This document shows, one piece after another, positions 1 through 10,113 of a stretch of DNA of 59,238 nucleotides (position 1 is the first letter of the stretch; the number at the start of each line of letters is the position of its first letter). The notes under the pieces are model-generated. The model ran no database searches, was not told the DNA's origin, and saw nothing but the letters and a program-made list of their open reading frames with translations. Position numbers and translations under genes: made by a program. The stretch is taken from NCBI GenBank assembly GCA_947457335.1, contig CANGWA010000001.1:1-59238 (forward strand), in the 5' to 3' direction. This stretch comes from Sphingobacteriaceae bacterium (GTDB lineage: Bacteria > Bacteroidota > Bacteroidia > B-17B0 > Aurantibacillaceae).

Positions 1-2
1 CC

Positions 3-776
3 AGCAAGGTTTCGGCCGTCATACACATTGGCGCACGCACCGATACCACGGAGTTCAGCACGGCTATTTTTGATACACTCAACCTCAATTATACCAAGAC
101 GCTTTGGCAAATTTGTACCGAACACAACATCGCATTTATCTACGCTTCTTCAGCGGCTACTTATGGTTTAGGGGAGCATGGGTACAAGGACGATCATGCG
201 GTTATTCCATCCCTAAAACCATTAAACCCTTACGGCGACAGTAAAAACGACTTCGATAAATGGGCAATTACGCAGCCCACACAACCACCGCATTGGTATG
301 GCCTAAAGTTCTTTAACGTATACGGTCCCAATGAATACCACAAAGCACGCATGGCCTCGGTTATCTTTCACGCACACCGCCAAATCAAAAGCAACGGTGG
401 TATGAAATTGTTCCGTTCGCACCGACCTGATTATACCGATGGGGGACAATTGCGTGATTTTGTATATGTGAAAGATGTGGTAGAAGTGATTTGGTTTTTG
501 TACAGCCAACACCCGACTAGCGGCATTTATAATTTGGGCAGCGGCAAGGCCCGCACCTTCCTCGATTTGGCCAATGCTGTTTTTAACGCCTTGCACCTAA
601 CACCCTCTATTGCTTTCATCGATACACCCGCCGATATCCGCGACAAATACCAGTACTTCACAGAGGCCGACATGACCAAGCTGCAACACGCTGGTTACAC
701 CCGTCCCTTCCACACTCTCGAAGAAGGAGTGAACGACTACGTGATCAATTATTTAGAATCCAACCGTTACATCTAA
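3..776 (+). CDS. rfaD: ADP-L-glycero-D-manno-heptose-6-epimerase (5'-truncated by window edge)
   Basis: The frame of ORF 351..776 stays open back to base 3 and reads HIGARTDTTE...YASSAATYG...PLNPYGDSK...LKFFNVYGPNEYHK, then GGQLRDFVYVKD and YNLGSG. These are extended-SDR motifs typical of HldD/RfaD. Confidence 0.9.
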   Translation, partial: SKVSAVIHIGARTDTTEFSTAIFDTLNLNYTKTLWQICTEHNIAFIYASSAATYGLGEHGYKDDHAVIPSLKPLNPYGDSKNDFDKWAITQPTQPPHWYGLKFFNVYGPNEYHKARMASVIFHAHRQIKSNGGMKLFRSHRPDYTDGGQLRDFVYVKDVVEVIWFLYSQHPTSGIYNLGSGKARTFLDLANAVFNALHLTPSIAFIDTPADIRDKYQYFTEADMTKLQHAGYTRPFHTLEEGVNDYVINYLESNRYI

Positions 777-869
777 CCGTTTAGGTGTTTGCCTAAATTT
801 CTACTAAACGCTTTCTAAACGCATTGGTAGTGGGTTACATTCCGCTAGCTTTTTTGCTATCTTTATTAA

Positions 870-3272
870 ATGAAAAAAATAGCAGGTGTTTTTATTTTGC
901 TTTCATCCATGCTCTCGGCACAAAACAATTGCCAGCAATTGAAACAGGCAGTAGTAGCCTCCATCTATAATTCGCCAGAAAATTTAAGAAGCGACACCTT
1001 CAACATCCTTAAATACACCATTGCACTCACCATAGGCACTTCAACCAACCAACAAATTGGCGGTTACACCGATGTTCGTTTCGTACCCAAAATAAATAAC
1101 CGCACCTTCATCCGCCTCGACCTGCTTAAAATGCAAATCGATTCGGTGCGCGAAGGCAATTCGCCGCGCACCTATGCTTATAACGATACCCTCCTAAAAA
1201 TTAATTTCGGAAGCCCCAAGAACACCACCGATACAAGTGTGCTCAGAATCTATTACCACGGTCAGCCGGTTATTGACCAAACGGGATGGGGCGGATTTTA
1301 TTTTGATAACACACAAGGTGCCGAATATGCCTACAACCTGGGCGTGGGCTTTGGCGCCAAGCCGCACAATTACGGACGGGTGTGGTTTCCCTGCTTCGAT
1401 AATTTTGTAGAGCGTTCTAAATACGAATATCAAATCAAAACCGACGTGGCACGGCGCGCCTATTGCAACGGCACCCTCACGGCCGACGTGGTAAACAACG
1501 CTACCCGCACGTGTACTTGGAAATTGAACGAAGAAATTCCAACCTACCTCGCCAGCGTCGCCGTGGCTCAGTACACGCAAGTGAATTGGAGTGTGAATGC
1601 GGCACAGGGACCGCTGCCAATTATTCTCGCCGCACACGCCAACGATACCGCTGCCATCAAGGCAGGGTTCGTCAACTTACCGGCCGCCATCCTCGGCTTC
1701 GAACATTACTACGGTCCCTATAAATGGAACCGTGTTGGCTACGCCATGGTGCCCTTTAGTAGCGGGGCCATGGAACACGCTACGAATATCACGTTTCCAA
1801 AAGGATTGACCAGCCAAGCGTATGAAGCCGATTTAATGGCACACGAATTAGCCCACCACTGGTGGGGCAATTTAGTGACGTGCGAAACACAAGAAGATAT
1901 GTGGATCAACGAAGGCTGGGCCACCTACAGCAGTTTTATGTTCACCGAGTGGAAGTACGGCCGCGCGGCCTACCGTGCTAAAATGATGGCACAACACGAA
2001 CAATTGTTGCACTTCCTACACAAAAAAGAAGGTTTCCGCGCCATCAGTGGCGTGCCGCACAGTTTAACTTATGGCGACCACGTGTATAAAAAAGGAGCTG
2101 ATGTGGCGCACACGTTAAGAGGGTACCTCGGCGATTCGCTTTTCTTCCTTGGCCTTAAATCAGTAATGCTCACTAAACAATACCAGAGCATGAATTCGCA
2201 AGAGTTTCAAATCCTCTTACAAAATACGACCGGCATGCCCATGAGCGCCTTCTTCAATGCCTGGGTGTTTGGCAAAGGGTGGTCGCATTTTGCTATCGAC
2301 AGTGTGCGTTTTTTATCAGCGGGACCCAGCGCAGCCCTCGCCATTGTCTCGGTACAACAAAAACTATACGGTGCGCAAGCCTATCACAACAACGTGCCCC
2401 TACGCCTCACCTTCTTTGATGCGTTGTGGCACCGCCACGATACAAAAGTAATGATGAGTGGACAAGCCATGACCTTTACAGTCAACGTACCCTTCACTCC
2501 TGTTTATACCGCCTTGAATTTTGAAGGCGAAATCAACGATGCCACCACCTTTGAAACCAATGTCATCAAATCAGTCGGCAACCTCGTCTACCCTACAGGC
2601 AAAGCCTTGTTGTTGGTACAACAACCCGGCAGCGACTCTTCCCTTGTGCGCATCGTGCACCACTTTGTAAAACCCGATCCGTTTAAAAACAATCCCGGAC
2701 AATGCCTGCTAAGCAACCAACGGTACTGGACTGTTGAGGGATTGTTATCGCCCGGCTTTCATGCTAAAATCCGATTTAATTACGACGGCACCAAGGGCAC
2801 TAGTGGAGCCAACACCTACCTCGACACCTTGCTCACCCGCGTCAACAACGACAGCATTGCCCTCTTCTTCCGCAAAGATGCACGCGACGATTGGCGTTGG
2901 ATGAAAAATGTTTTCAAAACAAAGGCGGGTGCAAAAACAGGTTATATCGAACTCGACTCTGTGCAATTGGGGGAATATGCTTTTGCCAACCTCGCCGACA
3001 CCGTGAGCATGCACCTACCACAGCCAACACTGAAAACAGGATACAAGGTCTATCCCAATCCAGCCAGTGGCACCTTACACATTGAAACTGAAAGTGTGCA
3101 AGGCAAAACTGAAATCACTTTAATCAATGCCGAAGGAAAAATTGTGAAACGTCAACCACTTACTACTAGCACCGTGCACATGGCCTTACAGGGAATACCC
3201 GCGGGGACCTACCTTGTGAGCATTGCCAACAACAACAAACAGGTGTACAGCAAGAAAATTATTCTGCAGTAA
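870..3272 (+). CDS. M1 family zinc aminopeptidase with T9SS C-terminal sorting domain
   Basis: Signal peptide; GAMEH exopeptidase motif; HELAHHWWG...NEGWA zinc motif; C-terminal VYPNPA...G(T)YLV...KKII T9SS type A signature. Confidence 0.9.
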   Translation: MKKIAGVFILLSSMLSAQNNCQQLKQAVVASIYNSPENLRSDTFNILKYTIALTIGTSTNQQIGGYTDVRFVPKINNRTFIRLDLLKMQIDSVREGNSPRTYAYNDTLLKINFGSPKNTTDTSVLRIYYHGQPVIDQTGWGGFYFDNTQGAEYAYNLGVGFGAKPHNYGRVWFPCFDNFVERSKYEYQIKTDVARRAYCNGTLTADVVNNATRTCTWKLNEEIPTYLASVAVAQYTQVNWSVNAAQGPLPIILAAHANDTAAIKAGFVNLPAAILGFEHYYGPYKWNRVGYAMVPFSSGAMEHATNITFPKGLTSQAYEADLMAHELAHHWWGNLVTCETQEDMWINEGWATYSSFMFTEWKYGRAAYRAKMMAQHEQLLHFLHKKEGFRAISGVPHSLTYGDHVYKKGADVAHTLRGYLGDSLFFLGLKSVMLTKQYQSMNSQEFQILLQNTTGMPMSAFFNAWVFGKGWSHFAIDSVRFLSAGPSAALAIVSVQQKLYGAQAYHNNVPLRLTFFDALWHRHDTKVMMSGQAMTFTVNVPFTPVYTALNFEGEINDATTFETNVIKSVGNLVYPTGKALLLVQQPGSDSSLVRIVHHFVKPDPFKNNPGQCLLSNQRYWTVEGLLSPGFHAKIRFNYDGTKGTSGANTYLDTLLTRVNNDSIALFFRKDARDDWRWMKNVFKTKAGAKTGYIELDSVQLGEYAFANLADTVSMHLPQPTLKTGYKVYPNPASGTLHIETESVQGKTEITLINAEGKIVKRQPLTTSTVHMALQGIPAGTYLVSIANNNKQVYSKKIILQ

Positions 3273-3978
3273 GGTCAAACGACCGTGCAAAAATCTCACC
3301 GGTTACCCGTTCGGTCGGTAAATAGAATTCAAAATTTTGTGCCAAGTATTGCACTGGTAACCAATCGCCACTTAACCAACGGAACCTTTCGAATTCAATG
3401 AGGTTGCATTCGTATCGGCCTATTTCATCTAACGCCTGCAAGGCTTTGTAGGTATCTGCTAACAACTGTTGATTGAATTCAAAACTAATGCACGGTACCG
3501 TGTGGTGCAATCCGTCGAGTACTTTGGATTCGTACCCTTCTACATCCATTTTGATAAAAGCTGGTAAGCCATAACTTTCAATCAAGGCGTCGAGTGTGGT
3601 CATCTGCACAGCTTCCTTTCGCCGCCAATGCAAGTTAGAAATGGTCCCATACGCCTTCATAAAATCTTCCGAAAAGGTGGCACACTCCGTCGTTTCGTCA
3701 CAGAGGTTCAATTGCACGGTCCCCTTGTAATCGCCCACAGCACCATGCACAACTGTTAGTAGCGGGTGCTTGCTAAATTTTTTGTTTAATTGCTCCACGC
3801 ACGCTCGTTGGGGCTCCACTGCCACCACGCGCGCACCCAGTTTTAAGAGTGCTTCCGTGCGTTCTCCCACATTGGCGCCAATATCAAAACACAAATCCCC
3901 TGACTTTACAAAAGGTTGGTAAAACCGCATCAAGGAGCGCAGACGGAAGTGGTGACGTATGAAGGCGGGAACGATCAT
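3259..3978 (-). CDS. FkbM family SAM-dependent methyltransferase
   Basis: FDIGANVG, VVAVEP and FIKMDVEGYE motifs. Start moved to ATG at 3978 (MIVPAF), 2 bp after the upstream ABC-F stop. Confidence 0.85.
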   Translation of the reverse strand: MIVPAFIRHHFRLRSLMRFYQPFVKSGDLCFDIGANVGERTEALLKLGARVVAVEPQRACVEQLNKKFSKHPLLTVVHGAVGDYKGTVQLNLCDETTECATFSEDFMKAYGTISNLHWRRKEAVQMTTLDALIESYGLPAFIKMDVEGYESKVLDGLHHTVPCISFEFNQQLLADTYKALQALDEIGRYECNLIEFERFRWLSGDWLPVQYLAQNFEFYLPTERVTGEIFARSFDLTAE

Positions 3979-3980
3979 GG

Positions 3981-5852
3981 TTAACTTTCTTCCAGTTCCA
4001 ACCAACGCATGCTTTTCGCATCGAGTTCATCGGTAATGTTTTTTAGCGCATCGCTGAGCCGTGAAATTTCAGCGTAATCAGCAATGCCCGCCGCCAATTG
4101 TGCTTCATAATCGGCTTTCATTTTTTCCAATTCGGCTATACGGTCCTCTAGCTCCTCGAGCTCACGTTGCACTTTGTAAGAACGCTTCTTTACCACTGGC
4201 ACTGCCTTCGGGGCCTCCACCACTTCCACCTTTTCTTCTACCACTGTCGGCTCATCCTTCTGCGCTTGTTTCCAAATGCGGTATTCGGAATAGTTGCCAG
4301 GAAAATCCTTGATCACCCCATCGCCTTCTAAAACAAACAAGTGATCCACCAATTTGTCCATGAAGTACCGGTCGTGACTCACAATAATCACGCACCCCTT
4401 GAACTCGAGCAAGAACTCCTCGAGGGTTTGCAACGTCAAAATATCCAAGTCATTGGTCGGCTCGTCCAATACCAAAAAATTAGGATTGCGCACCAATACC
4501 GTGAGCAAGTACAACCGGCGGCGTTCACCACCACTTAACTTGCTTACATAACTGTATTGCACATCTGGCGCAAAATTAAACCGCGTTAATAACTGCGAAG
4601 CCGAAAGGGAGGTGCCGTTGGCAAGCGGAATAAATTCTGCAATTTCCTTAATGACTTCTATGATGCGCTTATCATTGTCCAACTTTATCCCCGCTTGCGA
4701 ATAATACCCAAACACCACCGTGTCGCCTCGCACCACCTTGCCACTATCGGGCTCCTCCATGCCTAGCATCATGCGTAGCAAAGTGGTTTTACCAGTTCCG
4801 TTTTTACCAGCAATGCCAATTTTTTCGCCCGGTATAAAGGTGTAGGAGAAAGGGTCAATGAGTTTCTTGGCGCCAAATGCCTTTGTCACTTTATGCAGTT
4901 CTAAAATCTTAGAACCCAAGCGCTCGCTCTTCACGCTCATTTCAATGTGCACCACTGGTTTCTTGCGCAATGCCTTGGCTTTAATTTCTTCAAAGGCATC
5001 GAGACGGCTTTTCGATTTGGTGCCCCGCGCCTTTGGCATACGCCGCACCCATTCCAACTCGCGTTTAAATAAATTCCTCGCTTTGTCCGTTTCAGAGGCA
5101 AACGCCATTTCGCGTTCCGCTTTCTTAGTGAGGTAGTATTCAAAATCACCCTTGTATTCAAACAACTCCCCATTATCCAACTCAAGAATGCGGTCACACA
5201 CTTCGTCTAAAAAATACCGGTCGTGCGTTACCAACAACAAACTCAATTGCGCGTTCGACAAATAGTGGGCCAACCAACCAATCATCTCCAAATCGAGATG
5301 GTTCGTTGGCTCATCCATCACCACAAAATCGGGCTTGTTAATTAACACCAACGCCAGCGCCACCCGCTTCTTCTGTCCCCCACTCAGCGCACCAATGCGT
5401 TGAGTCAGATCTTTTATTTCGAGGCGTCCTAAAATTTCGGACATGGTTTTTTGATACTCCCACGCCTGTGAAGCATTCATCGCTTCCAATGCATCGTCCA
5501 AACCATGCAGCGTTTCATTGCCCTCTTCGTGCGCTTGCAATGCTTTTTCGTAAGCGTGAATGGCGCGTGTGCAGGGATTATCGGCTGTGTCCAACACCTG
5601 CTGTACTGTGAAATCTTCTGACAACACAAAGTCTTGATCCAAAAAAGCTACACGGATGTCCTTGCGAAAAACCGTTTCGCCACTATCAGCAATTTCAATG
5701 CCGCGTAGGATTTTAAATAACGTTGTTTTACCGCTACCGTTGCGGGCCACAAGGGCTACCTTTTCACCAGCGCCCACTCCGAAACTAATGTTAGAAAACA
5801 GCGTCTTCGTTCCGAAGGCTTTAGAAAGATTGTTGACAGAAAGATGGTTCAT
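3981..5852 (-). CDS. ABC-F family ATPase (Uup-like)
   Basis: Two ABC cassettes (ARNGSGKT/LSGGQ/DEPTNH and GKNGTGKT/LSGGE/DEPTND) plus a C-terminal coiled coil. Start taken as ATG 5852 (MNHLSV); the longer ORF runs into an intergenic hairpin element. Confidence 0.9.
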   Translation of the reverse strand: MNHLSVNNLSKAFGTKTLFSNISFGVGAGEKVALVARNGSGKTTLFKILRGIEIADSGETVFRKDIRVAFLDQDFVLSEDFTVQQVLDTADNPCTRAIHAYEKALQAHEEGNETLHGLDDALEAMNASQAWEYQKTMSEILGRLEIKDLTQRIGALSGGQKKRVALALVLINKPDFVVMDEPTNHLDLEMIGWLAHYLSNAQLSLLLVTHDRYFLDEVCDRILELDNGELFEYKGDFEYYLTKKAEREMAFASETDKARNLFKRELEWVRRMPKARGTKSKSRLDAFEEIKAKALRKKPVVHIEMSVKSERLGSKILELHKVTKAFGAKKLIDPFSYTFIPGEKIGIAGKNGTGKTTLLRMMLGMEEPDSGKVVRGDTVVFGYYSQAGIKLDNDKRIIEVIKEIAEFIPLANGTSLSASQLLTRFNFAPDVQYSYVSKLSGGERRRLYLLTVLVRNPNFLVLDEPTNDLDILTLQTLEEFLLEFKGCVIIVSHDRYFMDKLVDHLFVLEGDGVIKDFPGNYSEYRIWKQAQKDEPTVVEEKVEVVEAPKAVPVVKKRSYKVQRELEELEDRIAELEKMKADYEAQLAAGIADYAEISRLSDALKNITDELDAKSMRWLELEES

Positions 5853-5908
5853 GCGAAGTGCGAAGATAACCAACGATTCGCAATTCAAGGCATGCCATGT
5901 GATGAGAA

Positions 5909-6080
5909 GGGTGTGCCCCCGATAACACCGCCTCCATTCCGGGGTCGCGCTTTCCGTTGCGGTCTTGTGCCCTAGCGCTGCATGGCTGTGGGTTGGCCTG
6001 AGCTTCCTCCGGTCGCTAGGCCATTCCCTACGCCATTGGCAGCGCCACGGCACAAGTACCTCCACTGCAATCGCTCACAC
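5909..6080 (-). repeat. Long intergenic imperfect hairpin element, copy 1 (Flavo-1-like repeat/ncRNA candidate)
   Basis: Minus strand reads GTGTGAGCGATTGCAGTGGA...GCGACCGGAGGAAGC...GCAACGGAAAGCGCGACCCC...GGGGCACAC. Arms are self-complementary, and the central 15-mer matches copy 2 at 14/15. Confidence 0.7.
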
Positions 6081-6148
6081 ACGTTTACGCGCTACAAAAC
6101 TTTCACTGCACGTTTTCTCTTTCACCCAGCTTACCTTACCTTTACCGC

Positions 6149-6550
6149 GTGATTGAAAACAAAGCCATTGCCGTTGTCTGCGGACTCATTCGAAAAAACA
6201 ATAAATTTTTAGTTGCGAAACGCCGGCATGGTAAAAGCATGGCACGGTACTGGGAATTTCCAGGGGGAAAAATTAATGCGGATGAAACCGCTGAAAATGC
6301 CCTTGTGCGCGAGTTACAAGAAGAACTGCAATTACCTGTTAGCAATGTACATTACTTCACCGAACACCTCCACCATTACGAAGGGTTCTCTATTTTGTTG
6401 AAGGCATATTGGTGCGAAACCACACATGAACCGCAAATTTTAATTGACCACGATGATTATAAATGGTTATCGCCCCATGAAATTATTGATATGCAATTAA
6501 CGCCCGCCGATCTGCCCATTGCCGATCAATTGCTCATGCACGCAAGTTAA
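6149..6550 (+). CDS. Nudix hydrolase, MutT/8-oxo-dGTPase type
   Basis: WEFPGGK...E...ALVRELQEEL Nudix box; C-terminal PADLPI. Confidence 0.85.
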   Translation: MIENKAIAVVCGLIRKNNKFLVAKRRHGKSMARYWEFPGGKINADETAENALVRELQEELQLPVSNVHYFTEHLHHYEGFSILLKAYWCETTHEPQILIDHDDYKWLSPHEIIDMQLTPADLPIADQLLMHAS

Positions 6551-8272
6551 TCACTTGTTCTCTTTCCAGCCGGCCCAATCGTCGTGGTCGCCCTTGCGCA
6601 AATCTTTTACCATGCCCCACCCCAATACAAAGGCGGCTAGAAAGCACATTGTGCCAAAAAGCGAATCATCCCCCCACAGCGGTGGCACCTTGTGAATCAA
6701 GAGTTGTGCCCCTCCAATGACTAATCCAGCAATTAAAACGGCACTGATAATTTGTTTGCTAATTCGGTTGATGGTGTGCACCATGGGGTCAATGCCCTTG
6801 TGACGCAGATCTACCTTCATCTCCCCAGCATTGATACGGCGCATGGCGTTTTTTAAATCCCGGGGAAAATCTTCCATGTACATGCCCAATTCATAAACAG
6901 CGTTGAACACACGGCGGGCAAATTGTATGGGATTGTAATGCTTGGCCGCCATGCGTATCACATAGGGCTTCATCTCTTTGAGCACGTCCAAATTTGGATC
7001 CAACTGCCGTATCACCCCTTCAATAGAAACGGTTGCGCGAATCAACGTGAAGAAATGCGTCGGTACTTTTAATTCGTGTTTTACAATTAAATCCTTTAAT
7101 TCAAGCATGGCCGTACTCAATTCGTTTTGGTGAACGGTGCGGTAATTGTAATTCTGCAAAAACTCACCCACATCGCTTTCCAACTCGCGGTAATTTTCAA
7201 CCACTGAAGTGTCTGACAATTGCAGAATGGCGCGTATGACCCTCCGCACGTCATTGGCATGAATGGCCATAAACAAGCCTGCAATCGCTTCTAAATCTTT
7301 TTTCACAATGGTGCCCATAGCGCCAAAATCAAGAAAACAAATTTGGTTGTTGGGCAATACCAATATATTGCCTGGATGGGGATCGCCATGAAAAAACCCA
7401 TGCACAAAAATCTGCCTGAAATAAGCTTCGGTCAACCGTTTCGCCAGCACCTGGCGATCGTACCCTTCTTGGTCGAGTCGGGTAACATCCGATATTTTAA
7501 TGCCCTTGATAAACGACATGGCCAGCACCCGCGACGTAGTAATGGCTGGATAAATCTGCGGCGCAAAAATGTGCTCGTGCTCTTTTTTATCGTTGGCAAA
7601 ATTGTTGCGGAACCGCTGGATGTTTACCGACTCGTGTATAAAATCCAGTTCCTGTGTGATGGCTTTTTCAAAACTGCGCACAAGGCCAACGGGATCAAAA
7701 CTTTTTAACGAAGGAATCCTCTTGCTAAACATGTCCGCCACATAGTACATCACGCGCATGTCGGCAGCAATGGTGGCTTCAATGCCCGGCCGTTGCACCT
7801 TTATCACAATCTCCTCACCGGTTGTTAAGGTAGCCCTGTGCACCTGCGCCATGGAGGCAGAAGCAAAAGCCTCGTGCCCAAACGAAGAGAAAATAACGTT
7901 CACCGGCTTACCGAGTTCTTTTTCAATCAAGGCAATGGCCACATCGGCCTTCTCGGGCGGCACACTGTCCTGCAACTTCTCCAATTCAACAATGAGCTCC
8001 GCAGGCAAAACATCGGGACGGTTACTGAGCAATTGTCCGAATTTTACAAAAGTGGGACCAAGCTCCTCACACACCAAACGCATTTTCTCCCACTTCGTCA
8101 AATTGCGCGAATGCTCGTAAACGCGCTGGGGAATGAGTTTTCTAAAAAAGGCAAAACGTTTGTGGTCGTCGATATACGCCACAAAATCTTCAAAGCCATA
8201 CTTGACGAGTATGCGCAATACTTCGTTGTACCGACGGATGTGGCGGTAACGGGCACGGATATTTGAGAACAA
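6551..8272 (-). CDS. ABC1/AarF/UbiB family atypical kinase
   Basis: LGPTFVKFGQLLSNRPD, ASASMAQVH, VIKVQRP, FHGDPHPGN and LDFG motifs; two C-terminal transmembrane segments. Confidence 0.9.
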   Translation of the reverse strand: MFSNIRARYRHIRRYNEVLRILVKYGFEDFVAYIDDHKRFAFFRKLIPQRVYEHSRNLTKWEKMRLVCEELGPTFVKFGQLLSNRPDVLPAELIVELEKLQDSVPPEKADVAIALIEKELGKPVNVIFSSFGHEAFASASMAQVHRATLTTGEEIVIKVQRPGIEATIAADMRVMYYVADMFSKRIPSLKSFDPVGLVRSFEKAITQELDFIHESVNIQRFRNNFANDKKEHEHIFAPQIYPAITTSRVLAMSFIKGIKISDVTRLDQEGYDRQVLAKRLTEAYFRQIFVHGFFHGDPHPGNILVLPNNQICFLDFGAMGTIVKKDLEAIAGLFMAIHANDVRRVIRAILQLSDTSVVENYRELESDVGEFLQNYNYRTVHQNELSTAMLELKDLIVKHELKVPTHFFTLIRATVSIEGVIRQLDPNLDVLKEMKPYVIRMAAKHYNPIQFARRVFNAVYELGMYMEDFPRDLKNAMRRINAGEMKVDLRHKGIDPMVHTINRISKQIISAVLIAGLVIGGAQLLIHKVPPLWGDDSLFGTMCFLAAFVLGWGMVKDLRKGDHDDWAGWKENK

Positions 8273-8283
8273 TGGCAGTTAAT

Positions 8284-8646
8284 TTATTTAAGACGCGTTT
8301 CGAGATGAATGAGCTTGGCTTCGGTTAACGCCAGTTCATTTTTTAGGACTTTCAGTTCTTCTTCTAATGCCGTTACTCTTTCGGCATGCGCAATTTGCAT
8401 TTTATCGTATGCTGCCTTTACGGCCGAGTCTAAACGCTCGGTAAATTCTTCCCGCATTTCTGCCGCTTTGTCGGACATGGCCTTGGTTAGGGCCTCCCCA
8501 TTGGGGAAAGCAGACATGAACTCTACCATCGCTTCCATTCCCTTCTCACGCAATTGCTGCATGTGCCGCTTAAAATCCTCATCGTTCGCTAACAAATACA
8601 TGTTGGCAGACATGGTCAGGAAATCCATCATTTTCTTGGTGTTCAT
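8284..8646 (-). CDS. Small amphipathic coiled-coil protein (phasin-like), partner of the ABC1 kinase
   Basis: 120-aa helical/coiled-coil ORF whose stop lies 11 bp from the ABC1 kinase start on the same strand. The phasin-like label is inferred from composition and gene context. Confidence 0.55.
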   Translation of the reverse strand: MNTKKMMDFLTMSANMYLLANDEDFKRHMQQLREKGMEAMVEFMSAFPNGEALTKAMSDKAAEMREEFTERLDSAVKAAYDKMQIAHAERVTALEEELKVLKNELALTEAKLIHLETRLK

Positions 8647-8692
8647 AGTAGTTGGTTTATTGCAAAGAAATTCTTATATTATGGTTATATTC

Positions 8693-8728
8693 ATGATAGC
8701 AATCATGCTTTTGCTTGAACTTGCTCAA
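8693..8728. promoter_or_regulatory. Tandem TGA-N6-TCA palindromes (putative CRP/FNR-family sites) in a divergent promoter
   Basis: ATGATAGCAATCAT (8693-8706) and TTGAACTTGCTCAA (8715-8728). Each is 22 bp from a -7-like box (8663-8670 on minus, 8751-8758 on plus). Confidence 0.6.
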
Positions 8729-8776
8729 AGGAATAGGCGAAGTCGCATTTTAATTTTACATCAATATAGGCATTAA

Positions 8777-9190
8777 ATGGAGTTTCTCAATCAACCAGTC
8801 ACCAAAATCATGAGCAGTCCGCTCGTTTCAGTAGAACCCACACAACGGCTACTCGATGTAAAACACATCTTTGAAAAACGAGCATTTCACCACCACATCC
8901 CTGTCACAGAAAATGGTTCCTTAAAAGGCATGATCAGCTTGGTGGATTTTTTATTTGCTCTAAAAAACGCATCACTCGATGACCGCGATACCGTGTATTA
9001 TTCGATAAAGGTGGCGGACGTGATGCGTTCAGAACCCGTTTACGTACCATCCACCGCCACCGTGCGCCAAGTGGCTGAAATTTTATCCCATGGCGAAATC
9101 CACGCCGTGGTCGTAGTCGAAAACGATAAAGCCATTGGCATCGTCTCTACTTCCGATCTCATTAAACAGGTGTTGAAAGTTGAGAGTTGA
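8777..9190 (+). CDS. Stand-alone CBS-pair protein
   Basis: Two CBS repeats (VTKIMSSPLVSV...HHIPV...GMISLVD; VADVM...V...AVVVV...GIVSTSD). Confidence 0.85.
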   Translation: MEFLNQPVTKIMSSPLVSVEPTQRLLDVKHIFEKRAFHHHIPVTENGSLKGMISLVDFLFALKNASLDDRDTVYYSIKVADVMRSEPVYVPSTATVRQVAEILSHGEIHAVVVVENDKAIGIVSTSDLIKQVLKVES

Positions 9191-9404
9191 AAGTTGAACC
9201 GTTCACGTTCATTTACGCATGAATTGTAAATGGTAAATTGTTAATGGGTAATGGCGTTGACTCCCTCTATCCCTTATTGAGAGTTGAGAATTGAAAGTTG
9301 AGAATTGAAAGTTGAGAATTGAAAGTTGAGAATTGAAAGTTGAGAATTGAAGCGTTTACACTACCCTCTAATCTCCACCCCCTAACCTCTACCCTCCACC
9401 CTCC
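9172..9404. repeat. Composite heptamer tandem-repeat module
   Basis: 11 consecutive RTTGARA-type heptamers at 9276-9352 (14-bp unit GTTGAGAATTGAAA), ATTGTAA/ATGGTAA heptamers at about 9223-9253 and CTACCCT-type heptamers at 9361-9402. Related in inverted orientation to 19262-19556. Confidence 0.9.
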
Positions 9405-9512
9405 CGCAGAGAAAGTCACGTACAGTTTCTTTAAACCATTTCTTTCGATTGCGGGAACCCCCTTTTCAGCAGTTGAACGCAAAGCCTTACCCATCAACAC
9501 TCATCCTGCCTC

Positions 9513-9526
9513 CTGACCGGCATCAT
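9513..9526. promoter_or_regulatory. TGA-N6-TCA palindrome (putative CRP/FNR-family site)
   Basis: CTGACCGGCATCAT, 22 bp upstream of a degenerate -7 box GACCTTTA (9549-9556) preceding the YbhB gene. Confidence 0.45.
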
Positions 9527-9571
9527 ACCACTTTCGCTTAAACCAAGGGACCTTTATATAAAATTCTAGCC

Positions 9572-10078
9572 ATGCAACTCCAGCACAACGGACTTCCTGA
9601 TGCCGTCCCTCACTTTGGACATATCTCCAACATCGTCATCACGAGTCCCTCGTTCCATCACCGGTCACACATTCCTCGTGTATTCACCCGCGATGGTAAA
9701 AATTACAACCCGGGGTTCAACATCGGTCCACTACCCATCGGCACCATCAGTATGGTTTTGATCATGGAAGATACCGACGCCCCCAAACACCCGTGGGCGC
9801 ATTGGGTCGTTTACAACATTCCCGCCGTGTCACACATCCGCCCCCACAGCATTCCGGGTGAACAAGCGCTAAACGATTTTCGATTGGCACACTATTGCGG
9901 CCCCTGTCCTCCCAATGGCACTCACCGCTACCACTTCCGCTTCTACGCTTTAAGCGATTTGGTGTGCCCCGGCGATAAACCCACTAAAGCTGAAGTCATC
10001 GACCTCATGACCCCACACATTCTGGGTTATGGCGAAATCATCGGACTCTACCGGCAATCGGATCCTGAAAACAACTAA
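9572..10078 (+). CDS. YbhB/YbcL family (PEBP/Raf kinase inhibitor-like) protein
   Basis: LIMEDTDAP...WAHWVVYNIP...Y(C)GPCPPNGTHRYHFRFYAL motif set. Confidence 0.9.
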   Translation: MQLQHNGLPDAVPHFGHISNIVITSPSFHHRSHIPRVFTRDGKNYNPGFNIGPLPIGTISMVLIMEDTDAPKHPWAHWVVYNIPAVSHIRPHSIPGEQALNDFRLAHYCGPCPPNGTHRYHFRFYALSDLVCPGDKPTKAEVIDLMTPHILGYGEIIGLYRQSDPENN

Positions 10079-10113
10079 GGCGCCAAACGCGTCTTTCTTC
10101 CAAAAAAAATTGA

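Noticed and set aside
5853-6065. 71-aa N-terminal extension of the ABC-F ORF
   Set aside because: It runs through the hairpin element, and a -7-like box sits just before ATG 5852.
5909-6080. Hairpin elements as hammerhead ribozymes (GAAA near a three-way junction)
   Set aside because: The CUGANGA core is not present at the junction in any copy.
6149-6550. Nudix gene as part of the defence module
   Set aside because: It is about 7 kb away, outside the AT-rich islet, and looks like an ordinary MutT.
8309-8776. 155-aa plus-strand ORF abutting the CBS gene
   Set aside because: Antisense to the phasin-like gene and runs across the divergent promoter; Ser-rich shadow composition.
9267-9500. 77-aa ORF ending in NFQFSTFNSQLS repeats (similarly 22055..22261)
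   Set aside because: Translation artefact of the heptamer array; no protein-like features.
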